DNA of 64,000 nucleotides from Dudresnaya verticillata. Its lineage: Eukaryota. Both the position numbers and the translations under genes were made by a program. Positions 48,797 through 59,614 of this stretch are shown here, one piece after another; the stretch's first letter is position 1; every line of letters begins with the position of its first letter. Under the pieces are notes generated by a model. That model made no database searches, was not told the DNA's origin, and saw only the letters and a program-made list of their open reading frames with translations. The stretch is taken from the NCBI GenBank assembly GCA_977862235.1, contig OZ374557.1, forward strand, positions 2,728,001 to 2,792,000, written 5' to 3'.

Positions 48797-48926
48797 GATA
48801 CCTTAACAGAACACAACGGTTGTTCCTGCTTGTCTATCCAATATTCCGTAACGGGTTGTCGGTACAGCCGAATTCCTACCGTAGCGAATTTCGACGGCTG
48901 TTTTTTCCAACCGTGACGGTGTTGTA

Positions 48927-48939
48927 GGTCGGGAGACCA
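48927..48939 (-). promoter_or_regulatory. Candidate primer-binding site TGGTCTCCCGACC
   Basis: TGG-starting sequence 5 nt inside the 5' LTR. The cognate tRNA was not identified. Confidence 0.45.
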
Positions 48940-48944
48940 AGAAA

Positions 48945-49606
48945 TGTGGTGTAGTGAAAACCCACGAACTCCGAGACGGACAGCTGGCCTGACTTTCCTT
49001 GACGGACGAGAGCAACACTACCTCCACGGGGTGGTAGAGCAGTTAGCACCGAGACGGGAGAACAGCGAGCGGTTAACCGAGACGGATATTGGGAAGCAAC
49101 AGACAAAGGGGTGGTACAAGTGCCGGGACTGACTCCGTAACGGTGGTGGTGGTAGACCGCAACGGGCTCGGCGCGGGGAAAACCGTAAAAGATTGGGCTA
49201 AGGTTGCTTACCCGTTTACCTTAGGAGCCGCTGCGGTGCCGCCCTGATATACAAGTCAGGGTGGCACCGAACGGTCCGGTCCGTGGGGGCCAAAACCTAG
49301 TGGTCTGTGTCTGGTCCTATGGTGGAATCGGCCCTGCTGGTCCCAATCTCCGACACGGACATGCGCAGCATTCTCATTGGCTGGCGCACTACTCTACATA
49401 CTGTACAGATACTCACTAAAAATAAAGAATAAACACTACAAATACTCCGCTTCGGTTGGTGCGCTCCACTGCTGCATAACAATGTACGCCAGCACACAAC
49501 AATGCTCCCAAAAACGAAACGGATACACGTGCACAAATCCCACAACGGCTTAGGGCACGCTATATGCATTTCCACCGTTTCGGATGCCGAATCTCACTTC
49601 ACCACA
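48945..49606 (-). repeat. 5' LTR, Gypsy family A
   Basis: TGTGGTG...CACCACA termini. Highly similar to 57676-58331 (scattered substitutions and a 6-bp indel). Confidence 0.9.
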
Positions 49607-51104
49607 GCCACACTTGGTTCTTTTATCGCGCTTTGTCCGCCGTGTAGCAGTATGGCAGCGGCCAGGAACAGAAAAGAACAAGAAAAGACAGCTGTTCGAT
49701 ATCACACGCTAATTGGTGGTAGCTCGAAGGAGGTTTGATAGAGACTTGGAAGGAGGCGGGCCCTGATGACTCGAAAGGGAGGGTGTGGAAGCACGGTAAA
49801 GACTCGGCGCGACCGACGGAGGGAAGATATAGAAGTAGACCCGGTGTTTCGTAGAGTACGTGTCGTACGATTTCCGGGCCTGTAATGGGCGACCGCTGCA
49901 CGCGCAGAGCGTCCGAACGACCAAAAGGTGAAGGCTTTCCGAAAAACTCCGCTGAGTGTTTATTCTGAGGGCGCCGGCTATTCCGGCGCCCATAAGTAGG
50001 GCTTGACAGCCGAAAACTCTATCAGCCCGAAAGGGGGTCTAAGTTAGTCTGTGATTATAGTTACAAAGATTAGCACAGTCAGTACAATGTAAATAGGGGA
50101 ATGCGTTCCAGTTAGAGGACTTGGTGGCGGATGCGCCGGGGTCAAGGCTAGGGTCTCGGCTGCATTGTCGATACCCTGAGTGCGGAGGTGCTCCTCGTTC
50201 GTAAGCAGGAGCGCAGCGGCGCGTCATAAATCAGCCAATACGAGGTGTCCAACTGGCGTCATTACAATGCCACGTGTATACGGTAAGTCCACGTGTGCAG
50301 CTGTAGGGCCACGTATACATACGTGTACACATGTGTCATCCACGTGTACAGCGATGAAAGGACAGCTGTCCCGATTAAGGGACAGTCTGTCCCGCGAAAA
50401 GAAGTGCGCGTCTGTAAGCCCTTCTGCTGACAGGGTCCATACTGCCACACGCCGGCGCGCCAGGCGTTACGCGTTACGCCGCGGCGCGGCGCTCTGCGCC
50501 CACACCCACCTACATCCAAAGTGGGTGTGGGTTCTTACGCGAGATGGGTGGGTACCTAATGATCAACCGCCAAGTGTAAATCCGTGAGTACGGAACGCAC
50601 CGATTGGCTACCCCGTTCTCTCGCGACGGCGTGAGTATTCGCGACGTGGCCCAATTTATTCGTGAGTACGGACGCCGCTGATTGGCTACCGGGAGATATG
50701 ATACACACCCACCCCACCGTGGGTGTGGCGGTCCAGGGCCGTGCACCCAGTGCAGTCGACGTTGTTAGGGAATTGAGCCGCACATTTGAGAATTCAAGTT
50801 TGTTGCTGTCTCCCCGATAGGAACATATCTATGATAATTGCATACGGCTTGTTTATTAGCATGCAAAATATGTTTTTATTATCCCTATCGAAATTGTTCG
50901 GAATCCGACTTGTGATCACTCATCACTGGAATAGCACACGACGAGATTCGGTGGTTGATGCAAGTACTGTACCGTGCTACTGCAACTGCTCATGCTTGAG
51001 GTTACTTCCTGCTCACCATTGGAGTTCCGTATCTTCTGGCGGTGCCATTGCAAGACTTGAAAGTGGCCTTGGTCCAGACAGTTTCATCCCAGAATCCGCA
51101 AGCC

Positions 51105-52877
51105 ATGCCTTTCCAGTGTCGGTCCGCCTATGTATCTCATGTACAGGGAGGGGCTCGACGCCGATGTCTCGATCGCACACGTGTGCTTGGCTGTTCAACG
51201 CTCTCAGCATTTCGTTACCGCTCAGTCAGACTGAGCGAGTCCACTGGCGTCTCCAGGGTCGTGCCGTCCGTTAGTACTCCAACATGTGTTTCTTCGGACA
51301 GTTGCATCACCGATAGCACGCCAGAAGACAATGACTGGCCTTTGGGTCCACCAGGGCATCCGGTCCGGATCGCACCTCAGTACTGGCTACGCGGATTGAG
51401 CTCGGATCTGGCCCGGCGCATGCCCTGGTATGTATCGGATTGGACGGATGGGCTGAAGCTAAGGTCCGTGCCTGCGGTGTTATACCTGTACTTCGCTTGT
51501 TTGGCTCCAGTTGTCGCCTTTGGAGGCATTACGTTTTCCCTGACTGGTGGCAGCATGGGTGTCGTTGAGTTTCTACTCTCTTCTGGCGCCACAGGCATGG
51601 CATATGCTGTTCTATCCGGCCAGCCACTCACCTTCATCGCCCCTACAGGCCTCACGCTGGCATTTACTTGTGCACTCTACGAGTTTTGTCAGATTGCTAT
51701 GGTGCCTTTCTTGAGCACCTATGCTTGGGTTGGAGTATGGACTGCTCTACTTCTGTTTTTGTCGTCCGTGGCAAATATTAGCGATCTGATCAAGTACTGC
51801 ACTCGGTTCACAGACGATATTTTCAACTCACTGATCGCGACAACTTTTTTGTACGAGGCTAGTCGTAGTCTCATCGGAGATTTCCGCATGTTCGGTGCCG
51901 ATAAGACGAACCCATTCACAGCCCTTGGTTTGGCCTTAGGGACATACCAGCTGGGTCGTTTTTTTACAGGCATGCGCACGTCGCGCTACCTCTTCAAGCG
52001 TGCTCGCAACTTGCTCACAGACTTCGGGCCTGTTCTGGCTATCAGCATCATGAGCGCGATTGCAGCGTTGCCATCGGTAGCGAAAATTGGTCTAGAAGGG
52101 TTGTCAATCCCGTCTACATTTGCTCTTGCGGGTGGACGCAAACTGCTTGTTCCCATGCTTGACACTCCAGTGCCAATCAGGCTCGCTGCAATAGTTCCTG
52201 CTCTTCTCTTGACCTGCCTTTTTTTCTTGGACCAGAACATATCAGTTCGTGTCGTCAACTCTCCGACACATCAGTTACGGAAGGGACCGGGATACCACCT
52301 TGATATGATGGTGCTAGCTCTTTGTACCTTCATTTGCTCTATCCTTGGTTTACCACTCATGTGCGCCGGAACGGTTCAGTCTCTCGCCCATGTGCAAGCT
52401 CTTGCTGAAGTGAAACTACGAAATGGAAAGGAAGTCATTGTGTCCGTGCAAGAGAATCGCCTGACAGCGTTTTTGATTCATGCAGCCATTTTGGGTTCTC
52501 TCTTCCTTTTGCCAGTGGTGCAACGCATCCCCATGGCAGTCATAAGCGGCTTGTTTCTCTTCCTGGGACACAACATGTTGAACGGCAACAGTTTCGTTTC
52601 AAGGATACCATTCATCTTCATGGACCCCACAATGTATCCCACGGATGCTCCAATGCGAAAGATTCCAGCCCTTCATGTCCATATTTTCACCTGTATCCAG
52701 TTGTTTTGCCTCGGATTGCTGTGGATTCTCAAGCTCAACAAGACGACAAGCATGTTCTTTCCCGCTGTAATAGGTGCACTAATGTTCATCAGGTCCAGGG
52801 TCACACCTCTCTTGCTACCTTCAACAAGTCTAGACGAACTGGATGGTGACATCCTAAAAGCGCAGGATCATGGTTAG
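51105..52877 (+). CDS. SLC4-family anion (bicarbonate/borate) transporter, membrane domain only, with a putative transit peptide
   Basis: Motifs: DLARRMPWYVSDWTDG, YLYFACLAPVVAFGG, SGQPLTFIAPTG, CTRFTDDIF, FFLDQNIS, KGPGYHLD, GTVQSLAH, VQENRLT, IPMAVISGLFLFLG. First ATG at 51105. Confidence 0.92.
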   Translation: MPFQCRSAYVSHVQGGARRRCLDRTRVLGCSTLSAFRYRSVRLSESTGVSRVVPSVSTPTCVSSDSCITDSTPEDNDWPLGPPGHPVRIAPQYWLRGLSSDLARRMPWYVSDWTDGLKLRSVPAVLYLYFACLAPVVAFGGITFSLTGGSMGVVEFLLSSGATGMAYAVLSGQPLTFIAPTGLTLAFTCALYEFCQIAMVPFLSTYAWVGVWTALLLFLSSVANISDLIKYCTRFTDDIFNSLIATTFLYEASRSLIGDFRMFGADKTNPFTALGLALGTYQLGRFFTGMRTSRYLFKRARNLLTDFGPVLAISIMSAIAALPSVAKIGLEGLSIPSTFALAGGRKLLVPMLDTPVPIRLAAIVPALLLTCLFFLDQNISVRVVNSPTHQLRKGPGYHLDMMVLALCTFICSILGLPLMCAGTVQSLAHVQALAEVKLRNGKEVIVSVQENRLTAFLIHAAILGSLFLLPVVQRIPMAVISGLFLFLGHNMLNGNSFVSRIPFIFMDPTMYPTDAPMRKIPALHVHIFTCIQLFCLGLLWILKLNKTTSMFFPAVIGALMFIRSRVTPLLLPSTSLDELDGDILKAQDHG

Positions 52878-54044
52878 AGTTCTTCCCAACGCATCCGAGC
52901 TGGCAATGCATTTCCCGGTTTGCTGTTCCGTTTAGCAAGGAGCTCTTCGAGAAGATGTGTTGCCCCCTACAGTACTAATCTGGGGATGTACCCTTCAAAC
53001 AGTAACTCGGTGACCGAGGTCGCCCCTGCCAGGGGTTGAACCATTGAAGGGGTAGGGCACGAAGAGCCCAACATGCCCTTCTCGGTCATTAGACTCGAGC
53101 GGTCCATTTCTCCTCCTCGCTCCTCGTTCCACTACCCACTATTATCTCCGGCCCCCCTCCCACATGCTCCGCCTTCTGGTATTTCCACGCTTCCGTACGT
53201 AAAGAAATTGTTTCACGCACTATCACGCAAATCAGCACGGCTACCTGCAAGTACGGTAAGTCTCGCTATTTCGCAGACCGAGGGTCGAACGTCCGGCCCC
53301 CTGGCCCCTGGCCCCCGGGAGTTTGATGGCTACGCGGACTTTTCTCCCCTCTTTCTAGACAGAGGTAAACTCAATCACAGGACGTCGCCGTCTGAATGCC
53401 GTCCCACGCCGTCATTGCGCTGGTGCGTTCTGATCGTGAGCGAAGGAAGTGTACTCACCTCGCTTATGCAGTAGAAAATGTTGTGCTAGGGGAGCGCAAA
53501 AGTGCTTCTGGTCCAGTGACGGAAACACTAGGATCATGAAGCGCTAGAATAGGCCTCTTCCAAGTGCTATCAACACGAACGTACACTGGAGTTGGAAGGC
53601 CATTGCTTATTGAAACCCATTCAGGCTAAGAGGGCGTATGTCCGCATTTGACCAGTTTCACGCATTAGTTGAGCAGGAAGGTTCGACACATAATGCGCAG
53701 CAACTTCCCTTCCCATCCCTGCTGCAAGCGGTAGCGATGCAAAACGATCACGAGATGACCCTTCGGTACAGTCAGGATCAAGGCTCTGGATCTTCAAAGC
53801 TGCAGTATCTCGCTCTCGAAAATAGTTTTGGAGCACTATGCAGCGACCGTCTCTCCTAATAGCTACGTCTGCACATAGCGAAATGGCAAACGAAGAGCAC
53901 AGAAAACAAGAATAACACAATCGCAGTCGAATTGCTTGTGATGATATTCTCACTACTGAGACAACATTAAAATGAAGCAGCACAGAGCTCTATTTCTACC
54001 TTTCTTGGTACACTGTCGGCGGATAAATGCATCGGGAAAAGACT

Positions 54045-55739
54045 CTAAAATACGAACTCAACCATTCGGGAATTAGATTTTCTTTCATATTCCAGTAAGC
54101 TTGAATAAGTGCGGTCGTTAACGGCAACAAAGAGGGCTTCCGCACCCGGCGTTAAGGCAATGCCAGCAATTTCTCCAAACAAGTCTACTTCCTGGCAGAC
54201 ATCGAACTCTCCGCGGTTCACGTCGTAAATGTGCACGAAGTCCCTAGGCTCTGCCATGAACAGAAACTTGCCGCAGCTACTGAATCTTAACGAACGCACA
54301 GCTCCGATATGAGCAGCAAGAACACCGAAGGATTGTGCCATGTTGCGAACGTCCCATATACGACACATGCGATCCTGAGAGCCTGTAGCAAATATTTGTC
54401 CATTCGGATGCCAACCAGTGGCAAAGGAGAAGTGTTCATGCCCGCGCAACTGTGCGATACGGTCGCCGTTGTCACCATCGATAACTTGAATGGGCTTCGT
54501 ATCTCCTGCGACCGCAACCATCTTACCACCTGGCTGTCTTGTTGCATGGTTCACAGGTGCGGAAAACCGGAAGGATGCAATCTTCTCGAAAGATGCAATG
54601 TCAAAACAACGAACATAACAGTCGTTGTTGCTTGTCATAATGCGACCCTCGAAAATATCAATTGCATTGGTGATGGCGTTCTCATCGTACGTTATACGCT
54701 TGTTGTGGATAAGAGCTCCGGACCGAAGGTTCTTTGCAACCATTTCTCCGTAGAAGCCACCTGCAACGACTAAATCATCCTTGGCAATCATAGTAGAGAT
54801 CTGCACCATTCCCAGCCCGTTTGCAGCGTTCATCCCCGAGCCGCTAAGATCCAAAACCGGACTTTTCTGCCTAGCTGCAGCATTCCAGTGCACTACCGCA
54901 GCATCATGCATGACGAACACATCGTGCTTGCTGGTGGCCCAGGCAAGGTTTCGCAGTTGGAAATGCACGATCGAACACTTCACTCTTCTCGCATTATGGA
55001 AAAAATCGTAAAACTCACCTCCTCGGTTCGGCTCTTTGAGTGCTTCAGGCAGGCTATCAGAGTATTCCTGGGCATCTCGACGACTTCCCTCACGGAGTCT
55101 AGTGGCGCGATAATCTTCCCGTGACAAAGGTAGTCTTTCCCAAGGAATTCCTTGAATATCTGTCCCGGTTGCAACTTGTTGAGCGGTTATATCATTATTC
55201 TGAGGCCCATCAGGGAGCGGACTAGGCGGACGGGCAAACATACTGACTGAAGAACCAGTTGTAAACGACGTGCGATGACTCCCTGAGGAATGAGCGTCTT
55301 CAGTCTCCTCGTCTAGCTCACTGCCACTATGCATTCCTGTCGTTTCCTCCATGTATTTCTGACAAATACTCTCGCAATAGCCGTTATCAGTGGAAGCATT
55401 ACTCGATAAACGCGATTGCCTATAGCAACTGTGAGTTGGATGTGTGTGTGTTGCTGCCTGCTCCACCGCAGTCAAACCAATTACGGAATACAGACCATTC
55501 GCAATGGCATACCAAGTCCCAGAGGAGAAGTCACGGTGGGGCTCTCGATAGCCATTGGCACAAGTCTGCCATACTGAAGCAATTCCAGGATGTAGCCGCA
55601 ATGCCTTTGCCCAGTCGAAAAAGTCATAACGCAAAGACTCGGCCTTGCAATGGGCGTGTGAGTAAAACGCGAAAGACTCGTGTTGGGAGTCAGCAAACGG
55701 AGCGATGTGAGGGGTTTGCTTCTGGAGAGCTGGATGCAT
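54045..55739 (-). CDS. WD40-repeat protein (S. pombe C2A9.03/DUF2415-like family)
   Basis: GTDIQGIPWERL, IVHFQLRNLAWATSKHDV, GHEHFSFATGWHPNGQIFATGSQDRMCRIWDVR, MAEPRDFVHIYD, QEVDLFGEIAG. Start uncertain (ATG 55739 or 55352). Confidence 0.88.
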   Translation of the reverse strand: MHPALQKQTPHIAPFADSQHESFAFYSHAHCKAESLRYDFFDWAKALRLHPGIASVWQTCANGYREPHRDFSSGTWYAIANGLYSVIGLTAVEQAATHTHPTHSCYRQSRLSSNASTDNGYCESICQKYMEETTGMHSGSELDEETEDAHSSGSHRTSFTTGSSVSMFARPPSPLPDGPQNNDITAQQVATGTDIQGIPWERLPLSREDYRATRLREGSRRDAQEYSDSLPEALKEPNRGGEFYDFFHNARRVKCSIVHFQLRNLAWATSKHDVFVMHDAAVVHWNAAARQKSPVLDLSGSGMNAANGLGMVQISTMIAKDDLVVAGGFYGEMVAKNLRSGALIHNKRITYDENAITNAIDIFEGRIMTSNNDCYVRCFDIASFEKIASFRFSAPVNHATRQPGGKMVAVAGDTKPIQVIDGDNGDRIAQLRGHEHFSFATGWHPNGQIFATGSQDRMCRIWDVRNMAQSFGVLAAHIGAVRSLRFSSCGKFLFMAEPRDFVHIYDVNRGEFDVCQEVDLFGEIAGIALTPGAEALFVAVNDRTYSSLLEYERKSNSRMVEFVF

Positions 55740-56369
55740 CTGAGGGCGAGAGGGAGTACTAGACGTTGAAGTTTTCCGAGCTTCTGGCCTAAGTCGCGGG
55801 CGGTGTAGGGCGACCTGCTTTAGCCGTGGCTCACTGAGAAAGCGGAAGCATCTAATCAGTACAATAGAGGGTTTTGGCAAGCAAAAACATTCACGCTCGT
55901 ACCTCGCCCGTACTCCAGCTTCAACTGGGCTATTTTTTAAGAGACAAAATTCTCTAGCTTCAGCTTCATCTAGAGTGTTTGTCAAAGTGAGGTTTACAAC
56001 GTGTACACTTGTACAGGCAATATTTATTAGGCAACAAGGGCAACGACGCGCCGCTGCTCGCCGCTATGCACCGCGCAAGGGCAATGACGCGGCGCTGCGC
56101 GCCGCTATGCGCCGTGCAGCCGCGTCGAAGGCGCGACTGACTCCTGTACCCTCTGTGGCACGATGGGATACTGTGGGATACCAGGGTAGGTTTGGGTCGC
56201 TTGATAACGACAGGTGTCTTACAATTTCTTTGTAATGATATTTGTTTCCAAGCCGTGAGACAGGTGCGGTTTTAATCACATAAATTAAGAATGGAGGCGC
56301 ACGGCGGGACTGCCGCAGACTGTAAGATCGTATCGCTGTAGCGCGGCGGCGCGTCTGTCAATTTACTGT

Positions 56370-57675
56370 CAGAAAATCGGAGCGCACCAGTATGTGGTTG
56401 TGTGGCGTGTTACGTTCCTGAAACTCCAACTTGGAAGCGATTCCGATACAACGGCGTCCAAAGTATTCCTCCGAGTTGGACTCAATCTCCCTCATGACAT
56501 CGTTGGCAAACTGGTTTTAGACTCTTGCCGTGATATCGGGACGATCAAACACACGTGGTCGACGGTCATGAGGCTGGAACGTACTTCGATGATCTATGTC
56601 CAAGCCCAGTCTGCCTATCTCCTCACGCCACGGATTCATTGTCACAGTCACGAGCAGAGAAGGGACATGCCTTCTAGCGACCATAGCTTGTACGTTCAGG
56701 AGCTTCCCTTTCCAATATGACGCTGAGTTCACGTGGTTATCCGGAAGTAACAGTCTCCCAATACAATACGTGTCGTCTTCATCCATTACAGTTTCCTGTA
56801 GCTCCCTCTCCTCTACGATCCTTGATGTCTGCTCCCGCTCCAAGAACTTGAGTCGCTGGTCCTCGATGTTTGTAGCAGTTCGAAGTAGCCAGACTTGGAA
56901 TAGTGTACCGCTCTCCTGTAGAAAATTGTCCGTGTACAGGTGGCGCTTGACGTTTGCCGCCCAAGTGAGCTTCTGGAGCTTCTTCTTATTCGCTTCTCTC
57001 GTACTCGACGGCTCAGTGTTATCTGACTTTGCTTGAAGTAACCGTTCCAAGTCAAACGGCTCATTTTTATCTCCGCACGGATACAGTAACGGGAACGCGC
57101 CCACCTCCGTATCTTCGAGCCCACGTTAAGTGTACGATACTTCACAACATGTGTTCCACGTTCTTGATCCGGTTCCATGTCAGCATTGCCAACCAACTGC
57201 ACGACTGGCTGATCGGATCGGTATAGACCAGAAGGTTCAACAGTGTAACTTAAGAGGTGCTTCGGAACTCCTGCTTGGTCTTGTGGCAGCGGTCCAACTC
57301 CTGTCACAGCTTGTACCTCATGTGCACACCTCACCAACCTGCCTTCCACGATAGTTTTCCACAACCACACCGTCGTTTGCAACTTGGTCATTCACTTCTA
57401 CGGTATCGACTGTCGATGCTTGGCCTTGAGCTGAACTTCCCGCGCCTTGTGCACGATCAGTTCCCGAAACCAGTGTTCGGTACCTTTCACGCATAGTGCG
57501 TGGGGGAGGCAGTAGTTTATCGTACAGTACAAGAACCATGGCGCGTACATTGATGTTGCGAACTGCATCTCGCAACAGCCTTGACCTCTGGTCTCCCTCT
57601 CTCAAACTCGGGGCGTCATTGCACCACAGAAAATTGTAGCGCGCATCACGTCTCGGTACAGCGATCGCTGCGTTG
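56370..57675 (-). mobile_element. Helitron Rep (HUH endonuclease) fragment, degenerate and interrupted by an LTR retrotransposon
   Basis: AFPLLYPCG, LPDNHVNSASYW...AMVARRHVPSLLVTVTMNP (motif 1), DRPDITARV, then past a stop YFGR...LEFQERNTPHNHIL (HUH motif 2). Confidence 0.8.
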
Positions 57676-58331
57676 TGTGGTGTAGTGAAAACCCACGAAC
57701 TCGAAGACGGACAGCTGGCCTGACTTTCCTTAACGGACGAGAGCAACACTACCTCCACGGGGTGGTAGAGCAAGTCGCACCGAGACGGGAGAACAGCGAG
57801 CGGCTAACCGAGACGGATATTGGGAAGCAACAGACAAGGGGGTGGTACAAGTGCCGGGACGGACTCCGTAACGGTGGTGGTGGTAGACCGCAACGGGCTC
57901 GGCGCGGGGAAAACCGTAAAGGATTGGGCTAAGGTTTCTTACCCGTTTACCTTAGGAGCCGCTGCGGTGCCGTCCTGATATGCAAGTCAGGGTGGCACCG
58001 AGCGGTCCGGTCCGTGGGGGCCAGACCCTAGTGGTCTGGTCCTATGGTGGAATCGGCCCTGCTGGTCCCAATCTCCGACACGAACATGCGCAGCATTCTC
58101 ATTGGCTGGCGCACTACTCTACACACTGTACACAGACTCACTAAAAATAAAGAATAAATACTACAAATACTCCGCTTCGGTTGGTACGCTCCACTGCTGC
58201 ACAGCAATGTACGCCAGCCCACAACAATGCACCCAAAACCGACACGGGTACACGTGCACACATCCCACAACGGTTCAGGCCACGCTATATGCATTTCCAT
58301 CGTTTCGGATGCCGAATCTCACTTCACCACA
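57676..58331 (-). repeat. 3' LTR, Gypsy family A copy 2
   Basis: TG...CA termini. Minus-strand polypurine tract TTTAAGGAGAGGGATC at 58332-58347. Confidence 0.9.
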
Positions 58332-59614
58332 GATCCCTCTCCTTAAATGGCGCCATTTCCTCTTGCGCCCACCTTCAAGGGGTTGCGGCTTGGGTCCGAC
58401 GCACCGTCATCGGATTCGAGCAGCTTTTCCAGGTCCTTCGTCAACTGCTCTACTGCCGCCACGGTTTGCTTCGATGCGTTGGGAAACCCCACGGACCTCC
58501 AATACCAGGACTTCCGTCACGGAGAATAACCAAAACGCGCTTGACGCGAGTGTAGCGCGACATCCGCAAGGATTTCTTGCCCAGGCTGGTCGCCAGTCTT
58601 CTGCCTCATAACACATCCGCAACGGGTTCCTCCAGTGTGTCAGCGGAGCAGACGCCAGATCTTACCTCTCTTTCACCGTAACGGAAGTGCAATCCAGACA
58701 CCTCACAGACAGCCGCATTTGCAAAAATCCGACATGGGGGTCCTACCACACATAAAGGAGCAAACACTCTTAGATAGTGTTGCTCTCACCGTAGCGGAAT
58801 AAGTTTCCCCAACGGTCTGCTCGAACGCGCAGTCGATTACGCTCCCATATCCACAATGGACAATTTGTACTCCGATCGGATGACGGTACTTCACACCCGC
58901 TACCTCATGACGGAAGTTGTTCCGAATTGGGTGGCGAGAAGTTGTGGGGCTAGGTACGCCACAAAACGTCGCAGGCGGCGTGTTTCAGGAATCCGTAGCG
59001 GTTACAGGCGAATACCTTCACCTCTGCCCTTATGAGACACACCACGAACCTTTTCCTCTTGAGATGAACCCAACCCGCGACGGTGTAATATAATATAATA
59101 CTATGTTGAAAATTATATAAACTATTAATATTAATATCAATATTAATATATATCCCGGGACTCTGAAAAGAATAATGAGACCGAGGAATTTTCCTGTACC
59201 GTCGCGGAAGAGGCCGTTCTTGGCCCAAACGTCATGGGGCGGCCGCCCATCGCAAGAAAAAGGCGTGTCCCTCCCAGAATGGCTACGACGAACACCGTAA
59301 CGGCTCTGCCGAGGTGTCCAGAGCGCGTTCTGTGACGGAAGAGTGCCGCGGAAGCGGTGAAACCTCGGCGGATTATGCCGACTGCGATACTGCGGCAAAG
59401 CGAGAGTGCCGTTTCGGGAAATGGGTCGCGTTCCCGGTAGGATTCGCGACTCACGCTGACAAGAGCCGTGACGGAGCGGTTTCCCCCAGTATGAGCGACA
59501 ACAACATCCCGTAACGGTAGCAGACGTCGAAAAGAGTCAGTTCCCGTAACTGTGTCGCCAAAACGCGGAGAGTTGTGATTGCCCCAAGCTACAGTGGCTT
59601 GTCTTCCGTTACGG

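Larger units (their letters stand above)
44739..49606 (-). mobile_element. Ty3/Gypsy LTR retrotransposon family A, copy 1 (5' LTR, gag, protease, partial RT); truncated inside RT
   Basis: 44739-46395 is near-identical to 62343-64000. Protease LDSGAG; RT WASPVVFVPKKDG, FCVDYRRLN, LDCNSGYWQ, MPFGL. The sequence stops before YLDD. Confidence 0.9.
39770..50740. mobile_element. Possible degenerate TIR element hosting the LTR chimera
   Basis: AAATTCGGGCCACGTCACGTATACTCA (39841-39867) matches the reverse complement of 50632-50657 (AAATTGGGCCACGTCGCGAATACTCA), with weaker similarity extending ~70 bp outward. The palindrome GGACAGCTGTCC occurs in both arms (~40272 and ~50360). No TSD identified. Confidence 0.4.

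Noticed and set aside
55740..55985. N-terminal extension of the WD40 ORF from TTG 55985
   Set aside because: Non-ATG start in a eukaryotic gene, and the conserved-looking sequence begins much further downstream.
41175..58331. Pairing LTR 48945-49606 with LTR 57676-58331 as one element capturing the SLC4 and WD40 genes
   Set aside because: PBS and PPT positions show that their internal domains face outward (5' LTR of copy 1, 3' LTR of copy 2), so the host genes lie between two separate insertions.
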